From a virus (lineage: Duplodnaviria > Caudoviricetes), in IMG/VR virus record IMGVR_UViG_3300043104_000334: a stretch of 64,000 bases of DNA. The stretch is one strand, 5' to 3'. The notes beneath the pieces were generated by a model. It was not told the origin of the DNA. It saw only the letters and a program-made list of their open reading frames with translations, and did not search any database. Made by a program: the position numbers and the translations under genes. This document shows, in pieces, positions 8,969-19,599 of the stretch. Positions within the stretch are counted from its first letter, which is position 1. Each line of letters opens with the position of its first letter.

Positions 8969-10708
8969 TTATTTGTGTTTCCATTGAGCATATAGCTTTA
9001 TTGTTTTGTTGTTCTTTGTAGTTAAATTCTTTATCTTTGTTTCATCACTGTAGCTTATACCTGTACCATCCGCTTTAGTGTTCCAACCAATAAATATGTA
9101 GTTCTTTCTAGTAAAGCTGCATGTAGGTAATCTATATGATTTTCCATACTTGCATACTTTGCTACTCATCGTTCCAGAACCACTATTTGAATAAAATTTT
9201 ATTTTATACGTATTTGGCATCCATTTCGCGTATAGTATATAATTCTTCTTTTTATTCTTTTGTATCTTAGTGACAGCCTTTGTCAAATCTTTGTCACTAT
9301 ACCATCCATCAAATGTGTAACCTAAACGTTCAGGCACCAACAATTTTGAGCCGGTAGATGGTAGATAATATTTAGTCTTACTCCCATTATTGCTACCATC
9401 ATTCATGTTATATTTTATTTTATAAGCACGTTCTGCAGATGTGATGCTACTATTTAGCTTGCCTTGTGTTGCTGCAACTGCCCTAACCTTTGTATAATCG
9501 GTCACCGTAATCTTTCCACTATAAATGTAGGATTTACTACTCGCTACACTTGGAGTTGTTCCGTCGGTTGTATAATATATGATTGAATTGTTAGTCTTAC
9601 AAGACATGGAAATACTATAACTAGTAATAATCTTTTTACCAGTCTTAGTGTCACTACTGTACACGGGAATAGCCTTTATTGTAACATTCTTTGTAACATC
9701 TGTTACTGCTGACAATGTACCAACATCATATTCATAACTATCTGTATCCATAGTACACTCAGGTAAGTACCCATCCCAATAAGACAACGCTGTGTGATTC
9801 TCAACAGTATCTTTATACTTGCTATAGGCATAATCACTTCTTGCAAAATAAGTATAGTATGGTTCATCTTCTGATTCTTGATCATCAAAAGTACAATCAA
9901 CATTATACCATGAGCCATTCATTAAAACCTTATTCCACTCATGATTATACCCTGTTACAGATATACAGTCTACACCAATTGCATTACACAACATTTCAAA
10001 TACATGAGCATAACCAGCACACACAGTGCTATTAAAGCAAAGTGCACTATACGCACTTTGTGTTAAGTATATGTCATCCTTTTCATTGTCTACCATTTTG
10101 TTTTCATCAAGCACATCATGATTGTATGTTATGTTTTCGCAAACTAAATCGTGTATTGACTTAACAGTATTTAAAACATCTGTAGTATCAATTTCGATCT
10201 CATTAATCCATGACTCGATAGCGTCTTTAAATAAAGCTGTAGCTTCAGCACGTTCAACACCATTTGCAAAACTACTATAGGACACTAAGTAAATTCCATT
10301 GTGATTATCAAGATGCCCTGTCAGCACTGATGTCTGCAAATAGTAATATTGTGGATTAGAATATCTGAACATCCTTTCAACAAATACCTGTTGCTCTAAT
10401 GTAAGTTCATCAGAATATATAAAATCAGAAATATAACGAGAGTTATATTCTGTAAAGTCCTTATTCGTATTCATGTATGTTAAACATAAGTTATTCAGCC
10501 TATCCCAGAAATCACGCTCAGGTTCATCAAGTTGATTGTAGAAATAGTATGTGGAAAATTTGTCCCAATAGGATGTATATGTTTCAGCCCGTTTAAATGT
10601 ATTAACATACTGTATGTTTGTGCTACTACTCGCATATGCTATATTTGAACTACTAGTCAATGATAGCATTAGTACAAGTATTAAGCACTTCTTCAAATTT
10701 AAAAACAC
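8969..10708 (-). CDS. Secreted transglutaminase-like cysteine protease with FN3-associated (chitobiase C-terminal-like) domain and Listeria-Bacteroides (InlB B-type) repeats
   Basis: Signal peptide after the GTG at 10708 (AAAGGGAG RBS); catalytic VCAGYA / HEWNKV / NVDCTFD; IYYTTDGTTP; GYTFDGWY..LYAKW and FIGWNT..LYAQW repeats. Confidence 0.8.
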   Translation of the reverse strand: MFLNLKKCLILVLMLSLTSSSNIAYASSSTNIQYVNTFKRAETYTSYWDKFSTYYFYNQLDEPERDFWDRLNNLCLTYMNTNKDFTEYNSRYISDFIYSDELTLEQQVFVERMFRYSNPQYYYLQTSVLTGHLDNHNGIYLVSYSSFANGVERAEATALFKDAIESWINEIEIDTTDVLNTVKSIHDLVCENITYNHDVLDENKMVDNEKDDIYLTQSAYSALCFNSTVCAGYAHVFEMLCNAIGVDCISVTGYNHEWNKVLMNGSWYNVDCTFDDQESEDEPYYTYFARSDYAYSKYKDTVENHTALSYWDGYLPECTMDTDSYEYDVGTLSAVTDVTKNVTIKAIPVYSSDTKTGKKIITSYSISMSCKTNNSIIYYTTDGTTPSVASSKSYIYSGKITVTDYTKVRAVAATQGKLNSSITSAERAYKIKYNMNDGSNNGSKTKYYLPSTGSKLLVPERLGYTFDGWYSDKDLTKAVTKIQKNKKKNYILYAKWMPNTYKIKFYSNSGSGTMSSKVCKYGKSYRLPTCSFTRKNYIFIGWNTKADGTGISYSDETKIKNLTTKNNKTIKLYAQWKHK

Positions 10709-10892
10709 AGCATACTCCCTTTCGCTATTTGCAGTGCTCATATAATATAAACAATCTCTAATGAGCACTGTAATAGTCAGTTGAACAGTCAATGCCTATT
10801 CCGCATAATGTATACGAATATTACTGTGAATACACCAGAGAATATCGTTATAGCAATATCCAGAATAGTATTGATTGTATGTAAACATTCTA

Positions 10893-11336
10893 TCATTTTA
10901 ACATCTCCACAAATGTTATAAGATATTGAATCCTATCGTGAATAGTAAATCTATTACGATAGAAAAAGTGACATATAAGAATAGCAATTAAAATAGACAT
11001 CATAATATTCTCAGATTTTGTAATCTTTAATTGCTTTCCTAAAATCCATGATATCCATGTTCGTATCACTATGATTCCAATAATTGGTGACATTATAAAT
11101 AAAGCAGCATTACTGCTATATGCTGTCTCCCAGTCAAAGTGAGCCATAGCAATTAACATATGACTCACTCCACACCCTGGGCATAACAATCCAGTTATCA
11201 CATTAAACAAACATGGTATCCCAATATTAAATTTTGATACCGTAATCGCCTGTAATGACATTACAATGCATAAGCATGCAGTAAGTAACAGCCGCTGCTT
11301 CGGTGACTTAAGCCGTAGCGTTTGCATTGAGCTCAT
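10893..11336 (-). CDS. DUF2752-like membrane protein
   Basis: IPCLFNVITGLLCPGCG motif, several TM segments, adjacent to a DUF4234-like gene. Confidence 0.8.
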   Translation of the reverse strand: MSSMQTLRLKSPKQRLLLTACLCIVMSLQAITVSKFNIGIPCLFNVITGLLCPGCGVSHMLIAMAHFDWETAYSSNAALFIMSPIIGIIVIRTWISWILGKQLKITKSENIMMSILIAILICHFFYRNRFTIHDRIQYLITFVEMLK

Positions 11337-11643
11337 TCTGCATAATGCAGTAGTTCACAATACCAAGACCGAAAATGGCAAGAATCAAGAATAAGATGGT
11401 ATTGTTTCCACCCTTGATGCTGTCCATCTTTACACCCATTTTGTAATTCCAGTACCACCCATAGATACCGCAGGTGATAATAGTAAACAGGAATGCTTTC
11501 CCTCCGGTTGTCTGATAGTCATCATCCGGTGTAAGAGTATTCATGTCATTCGTGATACATACGAACCAATAGATTCCATAGATACCACACGTGATGATAC
11601 TCAATATGATCTGCACTACAATGTTACGATTTTTAATTTCCAT
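11308..11643 (-). CDS. DUF4234-like membrane protein
   Basis: Duplicated IITCGIYGxYW motif, C-terminal MQNELN. Confidence 0.85.
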   Translation of the reverse strand: MEIKNRNIVVQIILSIITCGIYGIYWFVCITNDMNTLTPDDDYQTTGGKAFLFTIITCGIYGWYWNYKMGVKMDSIKGGNNTILFLILAIFGLGIVNYCIMQNELNANATA

Positions 11644-11719
11644 GTTTTTTAATTACCTTTCTTTTATACTTAACTCCTTAAAATATGCTCAGGGATTCAT
11701 ATCTAAGAAATTAGTTACC

Positions 11720-12082
11720 TTATAATTCGATTGTAAATAACTCGTTAGTTGATAAGATACCGAATGTGTATGTATTCTCATCATAATCGTCAAGATACAG
11801 TGTGTCATCTGATATATTGTTTTCGATACAATATTCATAGCACCTTTCTGTAAGAATATCGAGAACACTCTCAGATAAACTTTCAGTGTCAATGATGCTT
11901 ACGCTAATGTTACTAAGCGACAGCACATTATCTTCATGCGAGAAACCATCCTCTTGTATCACTGAATCCTCTGTATCGCTTACATAAGATTCATATTCAG
12001 CAGAAGATTTCTTGCTGTACAGATATACACACAGTATCATCATAACAACCACAAGTAAACATAACAAGACTTTCTTCTTCAT
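11720..12082 (-). CDS. Small membrane-anchored partner protein 1 (YxxYV..DTE motif)
   Basis: TM followed by AEYESYVSDTEDS; directly downstream of the M15 peptidase gene. Confidence 0.7.
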   Translation of the reverse strand: MKKKVLLCLLVVVMMILCVYLYSKKSSAEYESYVSDTEDSVIQEDGFSHEDNVLSLSNISVSIIDTESLSESVLDILTERCYEYCIENNISDDTLYLDDYDENTYTFGILSTNELFTIEL

Positions 12083-12090
12083 AATTCACC

Positions 12091-13110
12091 TCAATGATTA
12101 AACACTGAGAAGTGCATTGGGTCACATGAACTCTTTCCCCAGTTACCTCTCCAGTATAATCCGTATTTTTCAAATATTTGCATTATTGTACACCCCTTAT
12201 ATATGCAAGTGTATTTGTACTGGTTATCAGTCAGCTTGGACCAATTCTCATAAGACCTTGGATATGGTCTATCAGACGAGCCATTGTTTGTATTCCAATT
12301 CCAAGATACCTCATTTCCTTTTTGGTCACTATAGTTTATATCTATAGTACCACCATACGAATGAGTTGAAGTTGAATGACTGCTGCTAGAATTATTCATC
12401 TCTCTTACACAATATCCACCAGCAACAGTAATCACAGGTTGATCAGCGCTTTCATATATCTCTTTAAAAATCTGCTTTATGATAGGTTGCAATGTAGTAC
12501 AACACTGAACATTTATTGTAGCCGATACCTTAGTAAGATCTGTACTCGTCGGATTAGGGTTTGCCCATTGCCAAACATCAACCTGAATAGAACTCATAGC
12601 CTGACTATTCAAACTCCTAATGGTACTACCAGTTATACTATCACCTTGCCACTGTTTCAAGTCTGAATACGTATATGATGAGTTTGGATATAACAATGCA
12701 AATACTGCATTACAAGACTTTGTACTTCCACTACTACTACCAGCAGCTTGAGCTGTTTGCACAGCAGCTAATAACTCATTCAAGTCTGTTGGAACATCTG
12801 CAGATATTGTTGCTGAACCTGTTGAACCAATTGAACTAGCCAAATTATATGAACCTGATGCCATTTCGTCAGCATCATCCTCTGACATACCAATAGACAA
12901 GGCTAAACTTGTGTCCCCAGTTAGACCTGTATAGGACTGTACAAATATAAGATTCTTAGATAAACCTGAAGTACTATCAGGTTTAATAGAGTCATACGTT
13001 TCGAGAATGCTATCATTTGATGATGTACCAATAAGCAGATATATAGCAACCACAAACCCTATAAGAGTTACCAAGAATCTGAACAGTTTAAATAATGATT
13101 TAGTATTCAT
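12091..13110 (-). CDS. Membrane-anchored M15-family zinc peptidase (D-Ala-D-Ala carboxypeptidase / L-Ala-D-Glu endopeptidase type)
   Basis: GYCVR, STHSYGGTIDIN, FEKYGLYWRGNW and DPMHFS motifs; N-terminal TM plus a carrier domain shared with 13531..14460. Confidence 0.8.
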   Translation of the reverse strand: MNTKSLFKLFRFLVTLIGFVVAIYLLIGTSSNDSILETYDSIKPDSTSGLSKNLIFVQSYTGLTGDTSLALSIGMSEDDADEMASGSYNLASSIGSTGSATISADVPTDLNELLAAVQTAQAAGSSSGSTKSCNAVFALLYPNSSYTYSDLKQWQGDSITGSTIRSLNSQAMSSIQVDVWQWANPNPTSTDLTKVSATINVQCCTTLQPIIKQIFKEIYESADQPVITVAGGYCVREMNNSSSSHSTSTHSYGGTIDINYSDQKGNEVSWNWNTNNGSSDRPYPRSYENWSKLTDNQYKYTCIYKGCTIMQIFEKYGLYWRGNWGKSSCDPMHFSVFNH

Positions 13111-13144
13111 AGTGTCTCCTTATAGAATTTGTAAATGCGAAATG

Positions 13145-13528
13145 CTAATTTCTAAATATTGTATAGTACAAGTTTTCCTCTGCGTCATACAAGATATCCT
13201 GCTCCTTATCACCAATCAAGCACTCAATTGTTTTTGTATCTTCATCAAAAGAAACAAAGGTACAGTTACTCCAATCAATTGCTTCATCCGGAAATGTGTT
13301 TATGAATACTTCAAGATATTCCGGATCGATTGCACTGACTGCATCTTCATTGTTGACGAATACTTTATTTGATGTCATCTCAGAAATAGCGACACCGTCC
13401 TCCGAATCATAGGATTCAGTGTCATTTTTAATATATTGTTCATAACTTGCATCCTTACTCATTAGTATGACAACAACAGCGCAAACTAATACAATAGTAG
13501 TAATGAGCAACGGAATTATTTTCTTCAT
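13145..13528 (-). CDS. Small membrane-anchored partner protein 2 (YxxYI..DTE motif)
   Basis: TM followed by ASYEQYIKNDTES; directly downstream of the C39-like gene. Confidence 0.7.
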   Translation of the reverse strand: MKKIIPLLITTIVLVCAVVVILMSKDASYEQYIKNDTESYDSEDGVAISEMTSNKVFVNNEDAVSAIDPEYLEVFINTFPDEAIDWSNCTFVSFDEDTKTIECLIGDKEQDILYDAEENLYYTIFRN

Positions 13529-13530
13529 GC

Positions 13531-14460
13531 TTACCCAACCTTTCTTATTACCCAGTATCCCTTGAAATGATAATTGTATCCTTTGTGGGATGTTGCGAGG
13601 TTTCCGCTGGAGTCATATAATGGATAGTCATAAGTACTCACTGTATCATACGATACGCTGAGATGATTCTTTGCCTTAGTAGAACTATCTGCTACATGAA
13701 ATGATTTTCCATCATCACTCAAATCAGTTATACAAATTATATGACCACCATCAGTAAATAATCCACTACTTGAACTGACAAGGATAGCAGTATTAGCATC
13801 ACCCGCATATTTTTCAATTGCTCGCATTACAACTGAACAACCCACTGTGCTCGATGAATACTCAACCATTTCATATGTGCCATATGTTCCTTTACTATTT
13901 AGTTCCGTAACAAATGTTGTTGGACCATCCCAACCCATACCATTTGAGTTACCCCACCCAGCTCTTACAGTACTAGGGAATTGACTTTTGAAATCTGGTG
14001 GAGAAATAATTGTTCCGGACAACTCAGCTATAACGAATGTCATACTACAAAGTCCACAGCCATTATTACTAATATTACCACTTGGCCCAAGTGATGTACT
14101 AGCATAATTTGATTGTTGTACCTGATAATGATTATGATTAGAACTATCATGGGGTGAATTACCTGCAGTGTCATTTGCATTCTTACTCACTGAACCATAG
14201 GTGCCCGCAGCCATTTCTTGTGCATCAGATTCTGATACACCAACCGATAAAGCAAGACTTGTATCTCCTGTAAGACCAGTATACGACTTTAGGAAAACAA
14301 GTGTCTTAGATAATCCTGAAGTACTATCTGGTTTAAGAGAATTATACGTTGCAATTATACTACTATCCGATGATGCACCAATCATAAGATACACAGCAAT
14401 AACAAATCCCAGTATTATCATAAGGAATTTAAATATCTTTGCTAATATCCTACCACGCAT
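13531..14460 (-). CDS. Membrane-anchored C39-like (papain-fold) cysteine peptidase
   Basis: Q..GCGLCSM (Cys), GGHIICI (His), VADS (Asp); shared N-terminal carrier. Confidence 0.75.
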   Translation of the reverse strand: MRGRILAKIFKFLMIILGFVIAVYLMIGASSDSSIIATYNSLKPDSTSGLSKTLVFLKSYTGLTGDTSLALSVGVSESDAQEMAAGTYGSVSKNANDTAGNSPHDSSNHNHYQVQQSNYASTSLGPSGNISNNGCGLCSMTFVIAELSGTIISPPDFKSQFPSTVRAGWGNSNGMGWDGPTTFVTELNSKGTYGTYEMVEYSSSTVGCSVVMRAIEKYAGDANTAILVSSSSGLFTDGGHIICITDLSDDGKSFHVADSSTKAKNHLSVSYDTVSTYDYPLYDSSGNLATSHKGYNYHFKGYWVIRKVG

Positions 14461-14468
14461 AATTCCTC

Positions 14469-15527
14469 CTATAATCCAGATGTGTAATAGTACTTATAGA
14501 ATATATATCTAAGCACATGTGATATTGTATAGTTGCCTTTGTTGGTTCTGCCAACGCCACCATGATAAGATGAGAAATCGATTCCTGTAATATTCTCAAG
14601 TTGTGTTACATAAGTCTTAACGTTGATATCGTCTAAGGTTATCTCTCTGTTATAAGCTTTCTCCCTAGCATCAACAAACATCTGGTATCCTACCTGATAT
14701 ATTGCATCTTGTACGTCTTGTCTGTTAATAACGTTAATAAGCTTTTTACCGAAGTCATACGTAATAAGTGCACATCCTTGCTGAGCTAAAGCCCAACAAG
14801 CATACACCGTAATATCACTAATAGGGTCAATTCCACAATTTATCCATGTAGTACTATATTGCCTAAGCGATGTTGTATAACTCCAAATAGGATTAACTCT
14901 ATTATCTAAATGACTTTCATCCCAGTCATATGTAGTTATCTGGAATGGACCAACACCAAGTCCTGTCATAGCAGACGTTACCCTGCTTCCACTTCTAGGG
15001 GATTGCAATAACGCCACCGGAATACGATAACATTTGCCATCCTCGTTTGTATTGTAATTGGACTCAGTGTTTGCCATATACCAAGCACTGTCTACCTGTT
15101 CAAGATTTTTGGTAAGAGTAATCCAATCAATTTCCTTGTTATAAGTAGCTGGATTAAAATCCATTACATTTGTTAGACTGATGCCTTTATAGTCGGAATC
15201 AATTTCACCCCACATAGTAGCAAGGGCCATGCATGGGTTAATAGTTTCCAAAGCCATCTTATACATAGCAGTATTCTTGTCGCCGTATATTTCCTTAAGA
15301 GTCTGCGAATTAACACTCGCTAATGAGTAGTAAATGTTTTCATCAACTGTTGTAAGGTATTCACCAAACACATCATCAATAGCTACAACAGACTGTGTTG
15401 TAAGCGTAACCTTATTGACAGTACTCTTAGTACTCGTATCAGCCACAGCTTCGTTAGGCTTGATACAAGCACACACAAGCAACGCTAACACTTGTATTAC
15501 AACAAATAATTTGACTACTTCTTTCAT
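14469..15527 (-). CDS. Secreted protein, possible lysozyme-fold hydrolase
   Basis: Signal peptide (..EAVA); ALATMWGE and GVGPFQIT resemble lysozyme-superfamily motifs. Confidence 0.45.
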   Translation of the reverse strand: MKEVVKLFVVIQVLALLVCACIKPNEAVADTSTKSTVNKVTLTTQSVVAIDDVFGEYLTTVDENIYYSLASVNSQTLKEIYGDKNTAMYKMALETINPCMALATMWGEIDSDYKGISLTNVMDFNPATYNKEIDWITLTKNLEQVDSAWYMANTESNYNTNEDGKCYRIPVALLQSPRSGSRVTSAMTGLGVGPFQITTYDWDESHLDNRVNPIWSYTTSLRQYSTTWINCGIDPISDITVYACWALAQQGCALITYDFGKKLINVINRQDVQDAIYQVGYQMFVDAREKAYNREITLDDINVKTYVTQLENITGIDFSSYHGGVGRTNKGNYTISHVLRYIFYKYYYTSGL

Positions 15528-16639
15528 TATAAATCATGCTCCGTAAAATACTTATAGATAGCATTTGCATATTTAAGACGCTTACTACCACTACACGAAC
15601 TCTGTACGAGGTAATACTTATTACCGGACTTACTCCACTGATCTTTGCAGTTCTTGTAATTCTCATATGTAATTGCTACACGACCAGTAGCATCCTCTAT
15701 TGTTGTTGCGTCATAAATATTGTCAAATACATTATAGACTTTTAATTCCTCAATAATCATACAGCACTCAGCTGTAATCATAGTGGCTTCAAAGTCACTT
15801 GGGAACTGTTCATTTGCAAGCTCGTAGTACTCGAGCAAGGATTGCTGTCTTCTTGAATAAGTCCATTGTACACAGCCATACCCATACTTTCCACCACGAC
15901 AGGTATCCCTAACCTGCTCCATATTTGTACTGCATTCATAGGAACCTTGCTTCATTGCGAAACACCCCTCTACGTAAATGTTCCCTAAGATACCAGCAGC
16001 ATTCTCAGCAGGAACACCTTGTTGATTTACCAAGAAATCCCATAAGACTGCAATGGTGTTAATCTTATCTTTACAATCCCAATCAGGGGTTTCGTATTCA
16101 GTATTGTAAATCTCAACAAGTCTCTCAGTGTTAATGTTTACAGGTTCACTGTCATAAAGTGTACATCCACGGTCCTCAAGTTTTATACTTCCGATAATAA
16201 CTGAACTATCATAATAAGGAGAACTGAGAACATCATTCTCTTCATCAATAATTGTAGCCAGCTCATTCAGGTTAACCGTGCCAGACTTAGCATCTTCATT
16301 ATCAAGAGCTTTTACTTCGGTATCCCTAAGTTTGTAGAATGTACTAGATACACCGGCAACAGGAATATCAGATACACTGTTAAGTAGTTTAGCCTCACTG
16401 TAAATATTGATAAGGCGCAACGATACCCCTGCCGTTGTTTCTGCAGATTGACTTACCTCAATAAGCTCAATTACATCAGTGCCAGAGTCATCACACAAAT
16501 TGTATAAATCACTTAATGAGGCAAGACTGCTACAGAATACATAAAGGTTCAACACAAATATCAACACGATAATCGTGTTACCAACCTTTGCCAACGCGCT
16601 TCCATGTTTCATTACTACATCACTCAGTTTCTTAATCAT
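15527..16639 (-). CDS. Membrane-anchored phage-tail-lysozyme-domain protein
   Basis: AAGILGNIYVEG, GYGCVQWT, TYEN..RLKYANAIY. Confidence 0.8.
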   Translation of the reverse strand: MIKKLSDVVMKHGSALAKVGNTIIVLIFVLNLYVFCSSLASLSDLYNLCDDSGTDVIELIEVSQSAETTAGVSLRLINIYSEAKLLNSVSDIPVAGVSSTFYKLRDTEVKALDNEDAKSGTVNLNELATIIDEENDVLSSPYYDSSVIIGSIKLEDRGCTLYDSEPVNINTERLVEIYNTEYETPDWDCKDKINTIAVLWDFLVNQQGVPAENAAGILGNIYVEGCFAMKQGSYECSTNMEQVRDTCRGGKYGYGCVQWTYSRRQQSLLEYYELANEQFPSDFEATMITAECCMIIEELKVYNVFDNIYDATTIEDATGRVAITYENYKNCKDQWSKSGNKYYLVQSSCSGSKRLKYANAIYKYFTEHDL

Positions 16640-16671
16640 CTTTTCGATTCTCCCATCTTTTCGATTTGATT

Positions 16672-17097
16672 TTATTCTTCAGCATAGCTTCGATAAATAG
16701 TGCTAAGCATTTTCATTGCAGTCTCATTTAAGAACGTTCCTGCATCATAGTCAAACACATAATCGAAGTTGTACGTGAATTTGTTTCCATTATACATGGC
16801 AGATACAATAGGTTGCCCACCCTGCAACTTAGCCCGAACTTTCATAAGAGCAATACCAACGAAGTTCTTTGCAATCTTATGTTTGCACCGTTCACAATAG
16901 CAACATCCAAGCATCGAGTCATGTATGTGTGTCGAGTCATAGACAAGCATAGACTCACCGGTTTCGAGAAGTTCATTCCGATACTTTTCGTTACCAAGAC
17001 ACTTAAGGTAAACTACCCTAATAATGTCCTTGACATTTGTGTACTTGTCAAACTCACCATCATGAACCAATGTTTTACTTACTTTAACTATGTTCAT
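16672..17097 (-). CDS. Degenerate/truncated NADAR (YbiA-like) domain protein
   Basis: K..NEKYRNELLETGESMLVYD...D..LGCCYCERC...NFVGIALMKVR matches the C-terminal half of NADAR; the N-terminal half is missing. Confidence 0.6.
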   Translation of the reverse strand: MNIVKVSKTLVHDGEFDKYTNVKDIIRVVYLKCLGNEKYRNELLETGESMLVYDSTHIHDSMLGCCYCERCKHKIAKNFVGIALMKVRAKLQGGQPIVSAMYNGNKFTYNFDYVFDYDAGTFLNETAMKMLSTIYRSYAEE

Positions 17098-17108
17098 CAG
17101 ATCCTCCT

Positions 17109-17507
17109 TTAATAATCATATTTATCACCTGCATTGACTGTAAGCTTACCATCAGAATCAATTGTGATAGAGTACATTCTACTATTATAATAGAACAATG
17201 CACTATACCCATTTTCCTCTGTGTAGTACACCCAATTACACTCAGCAGCTACATCATAAGGGATACCATAGACTTCAAGAACTTTCTCATTTTCTGTAAG
17301 CACACTCGCAATGAAATTATCATCCGCATCCGTTGTACTTGTGATGTCAATCTGATTAGCCTCAGTGTCTTCTGCTACATAATCAGCATACTGATTTCTC
17401 TGCTTCGATTGATAAACCCATAAAGCAAAACAGATAGTCGCAAATACAAGAAATACGATGATATCCCTTATTACTTTTGTATTCAATCTAATTTCTTTAC
17501 GTTCCAT
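17109..17507 (-). CDS. Small membrane-anchored partner protein 3 (YxxYV..DTE motif; start revised to MERKEI)
   Basis: TM followed by NQYADYVAEDTEA; directly downstream of 17522..18790. Confidence 0.7.
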   Translation of the reverse strand: MERKEIRLNTKVIRDIIVFLVFATICFALWVYQSKQRNQYADYVAEDTEANQIDITSTTDADDNFIASVLTENEKVLEVYGIPYDVAAECNWVYYTEENGYSALFYYNSRMYSITIDSDGKLTVNAGDKYDY

Positions 17508-17521
17508 ATTTCCTGTTCTCC

Positions 17522-18790
17522 TTACTTTAATATATTCTCGTACACAAATATTGCTATACCACACCGCTTCTCCCAGCCACCAATTTCTTCACGTTCGTCA
17601 TAACTAACCTGACTTGCGCAATAATGTGTCCTGCCGCGTTTGTACTGAGATTTAAGTGCACACCGCTCATCCTTACTTGCAAAATAATATGTAGCCTGTT
17701 CAACACTATTGGCATTTTCATTAAACGTTTTAGCATCACTTGCCTGATAACTAGCTTTCATATACGTCAATATATATTCACATTGAAAGTTTGCATCGTA
17801 CCACTGTACTCCTTTATCAATTGCCGCTTGAACTATTTCCTTTGCAGTTCCTCCATCCCACTGTAATACACCTATCGCTTTGCCATTCTTAAAATCACCA
17901 GTTATCTTATTATTAACTATTTTAGCAGCTCCTCCACTCGCCCAATTAACTACTTCCTCATTTGACATTGGGCCATTGCTGCTAGGTGTTTCTTCTGCAC
18001 CTTGTCTACATCCCATATAGTACCCACACTCAGCATAGAAGTTACCAAGAACCCCGGCTATAGCATTTTTATTATATCCAGCAGCAGCTAACGTATTTGT
18101 GACAGCTACCATATTTTTTATTAAATCTGTCGCACCGTCTGGCGCTACAAGCAGTGACGTCATATAATCCTGACCGTTATCATCTACTGTAGCACCATGT
18201 AACGTATTTGTTTGATACAACCCAGGATATTTACTATCCCAATTTGTATTAGTAAATGAAATTGTTATAGGGTCTCCTGTAAGTCCAGAGAAATCACCAA
18301 CGCCAAGACTTGTACCACCTGATGAAACAGTTGATGAAGAACTGGTACCGGCTTCCGCAGTAGCCATATCAGCATCTTCCTGCTGAACATCACTGCTCAT
18401 AGTAAGCGTAACAGTTGTTGTGCCATCAGCATTTACTGTCACGTAAAATAACTTTTTATCAAATCCATTCTTTGAATTGCTAACACGAGCCGTAAGAGAC
18501 GTATACTGGTCTACAAGTTTGTCCAATGAGACATTGGCGGACACAATAAGGTATATTGTTATGACTACAATCAATCCAACAACTACTAAGCTGATAGTCG
18601 GATTAAATAATATAAATGTCAGTATACTAGGCTTATGCTTTGTTGGACCTTTTTCAGCTATCTTAGCATCCCTAGCAGCCTTTCTCGCTTGTGCTCTCTT
18701 TTCCCACTTTGAATAAACCTTTACAGACTCGGTTATTGTCTCCTCACCGTGGTCAGTCATGGTAGTGACTTGTCTCATTTCATACTTCAT
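17522..18790 (-). CDS. Membrane-anchored phage-tail-lysozyme-domain hydrolase
   Basis: NAIAGVLGNFYAECG, AIGVLQWD, ATYYFASKDER..R; N-terminal carrier shared with 19596..20462. Confidence 0.8.
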   Translation of the reverse strand: MKYEMRQVTTMTDHGEETITESVKVYSKWEKRAQARKAARDAKIAEKGPTKHKPSILTFILFNPTISLVVVGLIVVITIYLIVSANVSLDKLVDQYTSLTARVSNSKNGFDKKLFYVTVNADGTTTVTLTMSSDVQQEDADMATAEAGTSSSSTVSSGGTSLGVGDFSGLTGDPITISFTNTNWDSKYPGLYQTNTLHGATVDDNGQDYMTSLLVAPDGATDLIKNMVAVTNTLAAAGYNKNAIAGVLGNFYAECGYYMGCRQGAEETPSSNGPMSNEEVVNWASGGAAKIVNNKITGDFKNGKAIGVLQWDGGTAKEIVQAAIDKGVQWYDANFQCEYILTYMKASYQASDAKTFNENANSVEQATYYFASKDERCALKSQYKRGRTHYCASQVSYDEREEIGGWEKRCGIAIFVYENILK

Positions 18791-18798
18791 ATTATCAC

Positions 18799-19149
18799 CT
18801 ATTTATTCAGCAGACTACGGTACATTATCTCTAATGTAGTAAGCCTTCTGTTGTCATCGACTGATGGATTTACAAACGTACTTGGTGAGTATGTAACAGC
18901 ATCTAAGAATCCATTCTTAGAGATAGACCTGACAAGCGCTGATGCTGTTTCTTCATTTGTAACAATACAAATGTCAAGCGCTTCATCATAAGCTGCGATA
19001 AAATGTACAACAGCCGGAAATGTATAATCGGACACTTCTTCCAACTTACATGTGTCATCGTAGACCGTAAGCTTTTTGTTTATGTACACACCAGAAATTT
19101 CATAAGCCGCTAATTTCTGCGTATCATCATTCCTTAATAGTATTCTCAT
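18799..19149 (-). CDS. Hypothetical protein (116 aa)
   Basis: Co-oriented ORF with RBS. Confidence 0.65.
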   Translation of the reverse strand: MRILLRNDDTQKLAAYEISGVYINKKLTVYDDTCKLEEVSDYTFPAVVHFIAAYDEALDICIVTNEETASALVRSISKNGFLDAVTYSPSTFVNPSVDDNRRLTTLEIMYRSLLNK

Positions 19150-19170
19150 ATAGTTGCCCTCATCCCTTAA

Positions 19171-19599
19171 TTATTCTGCATTAGTGAGTTCGTTTATTGT
19201 ATCAGAGTCGCCAATATATTCATCATCGACATATAGCATTGCATAGAACTTATCATCAGTTATCCAGAAACTAGCATATGCATCGTTATCAAAGATTAGC
19301 ATACCGTTTACTGTATTATCATCGTTGCTTTCTCTAACATTAGATATTTGCACAAATGAGTATCCATAAAGTGAGCTAACATTGTTTATGAAGTCACTAA
19401 CATCCTGTCTGCCTTTTATGGAATCAGCCTCTAAACTATCGTAATAATTGAATGTGTCTGTTGTGCTGTCTTCACTTGATATGTATGCATCATATGTATT
19501 TTTATACTCACAATATTTGTGGTAGCATATGACTATAGCAATTATATTAAGTACCATAAGGATACCCAATATAACTAGACTCTTGTACTTGTCTTTCAT
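19171..19599 (-). CDS. Small membrane-anchored partner protein 4 (YxxYI..EDS motif)
   Basis: TM followed by NTYDAYISSEDST; start overlaps the stop of 19596..20462. Confidence 0.7.
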   Translation of the reverse strand: MKDKYKSLVILGILMVLNIIAIVICYHKYCEYKNTYDAYISSEDSTTDTFNYYDSLEADSIKGRQDVSDFINNVSSLYGYSFVQISNVRESNDDNTVNGMLIFDNDAYASFWITDDKFYAMLYVDDEYIGDSDTINELTNAE

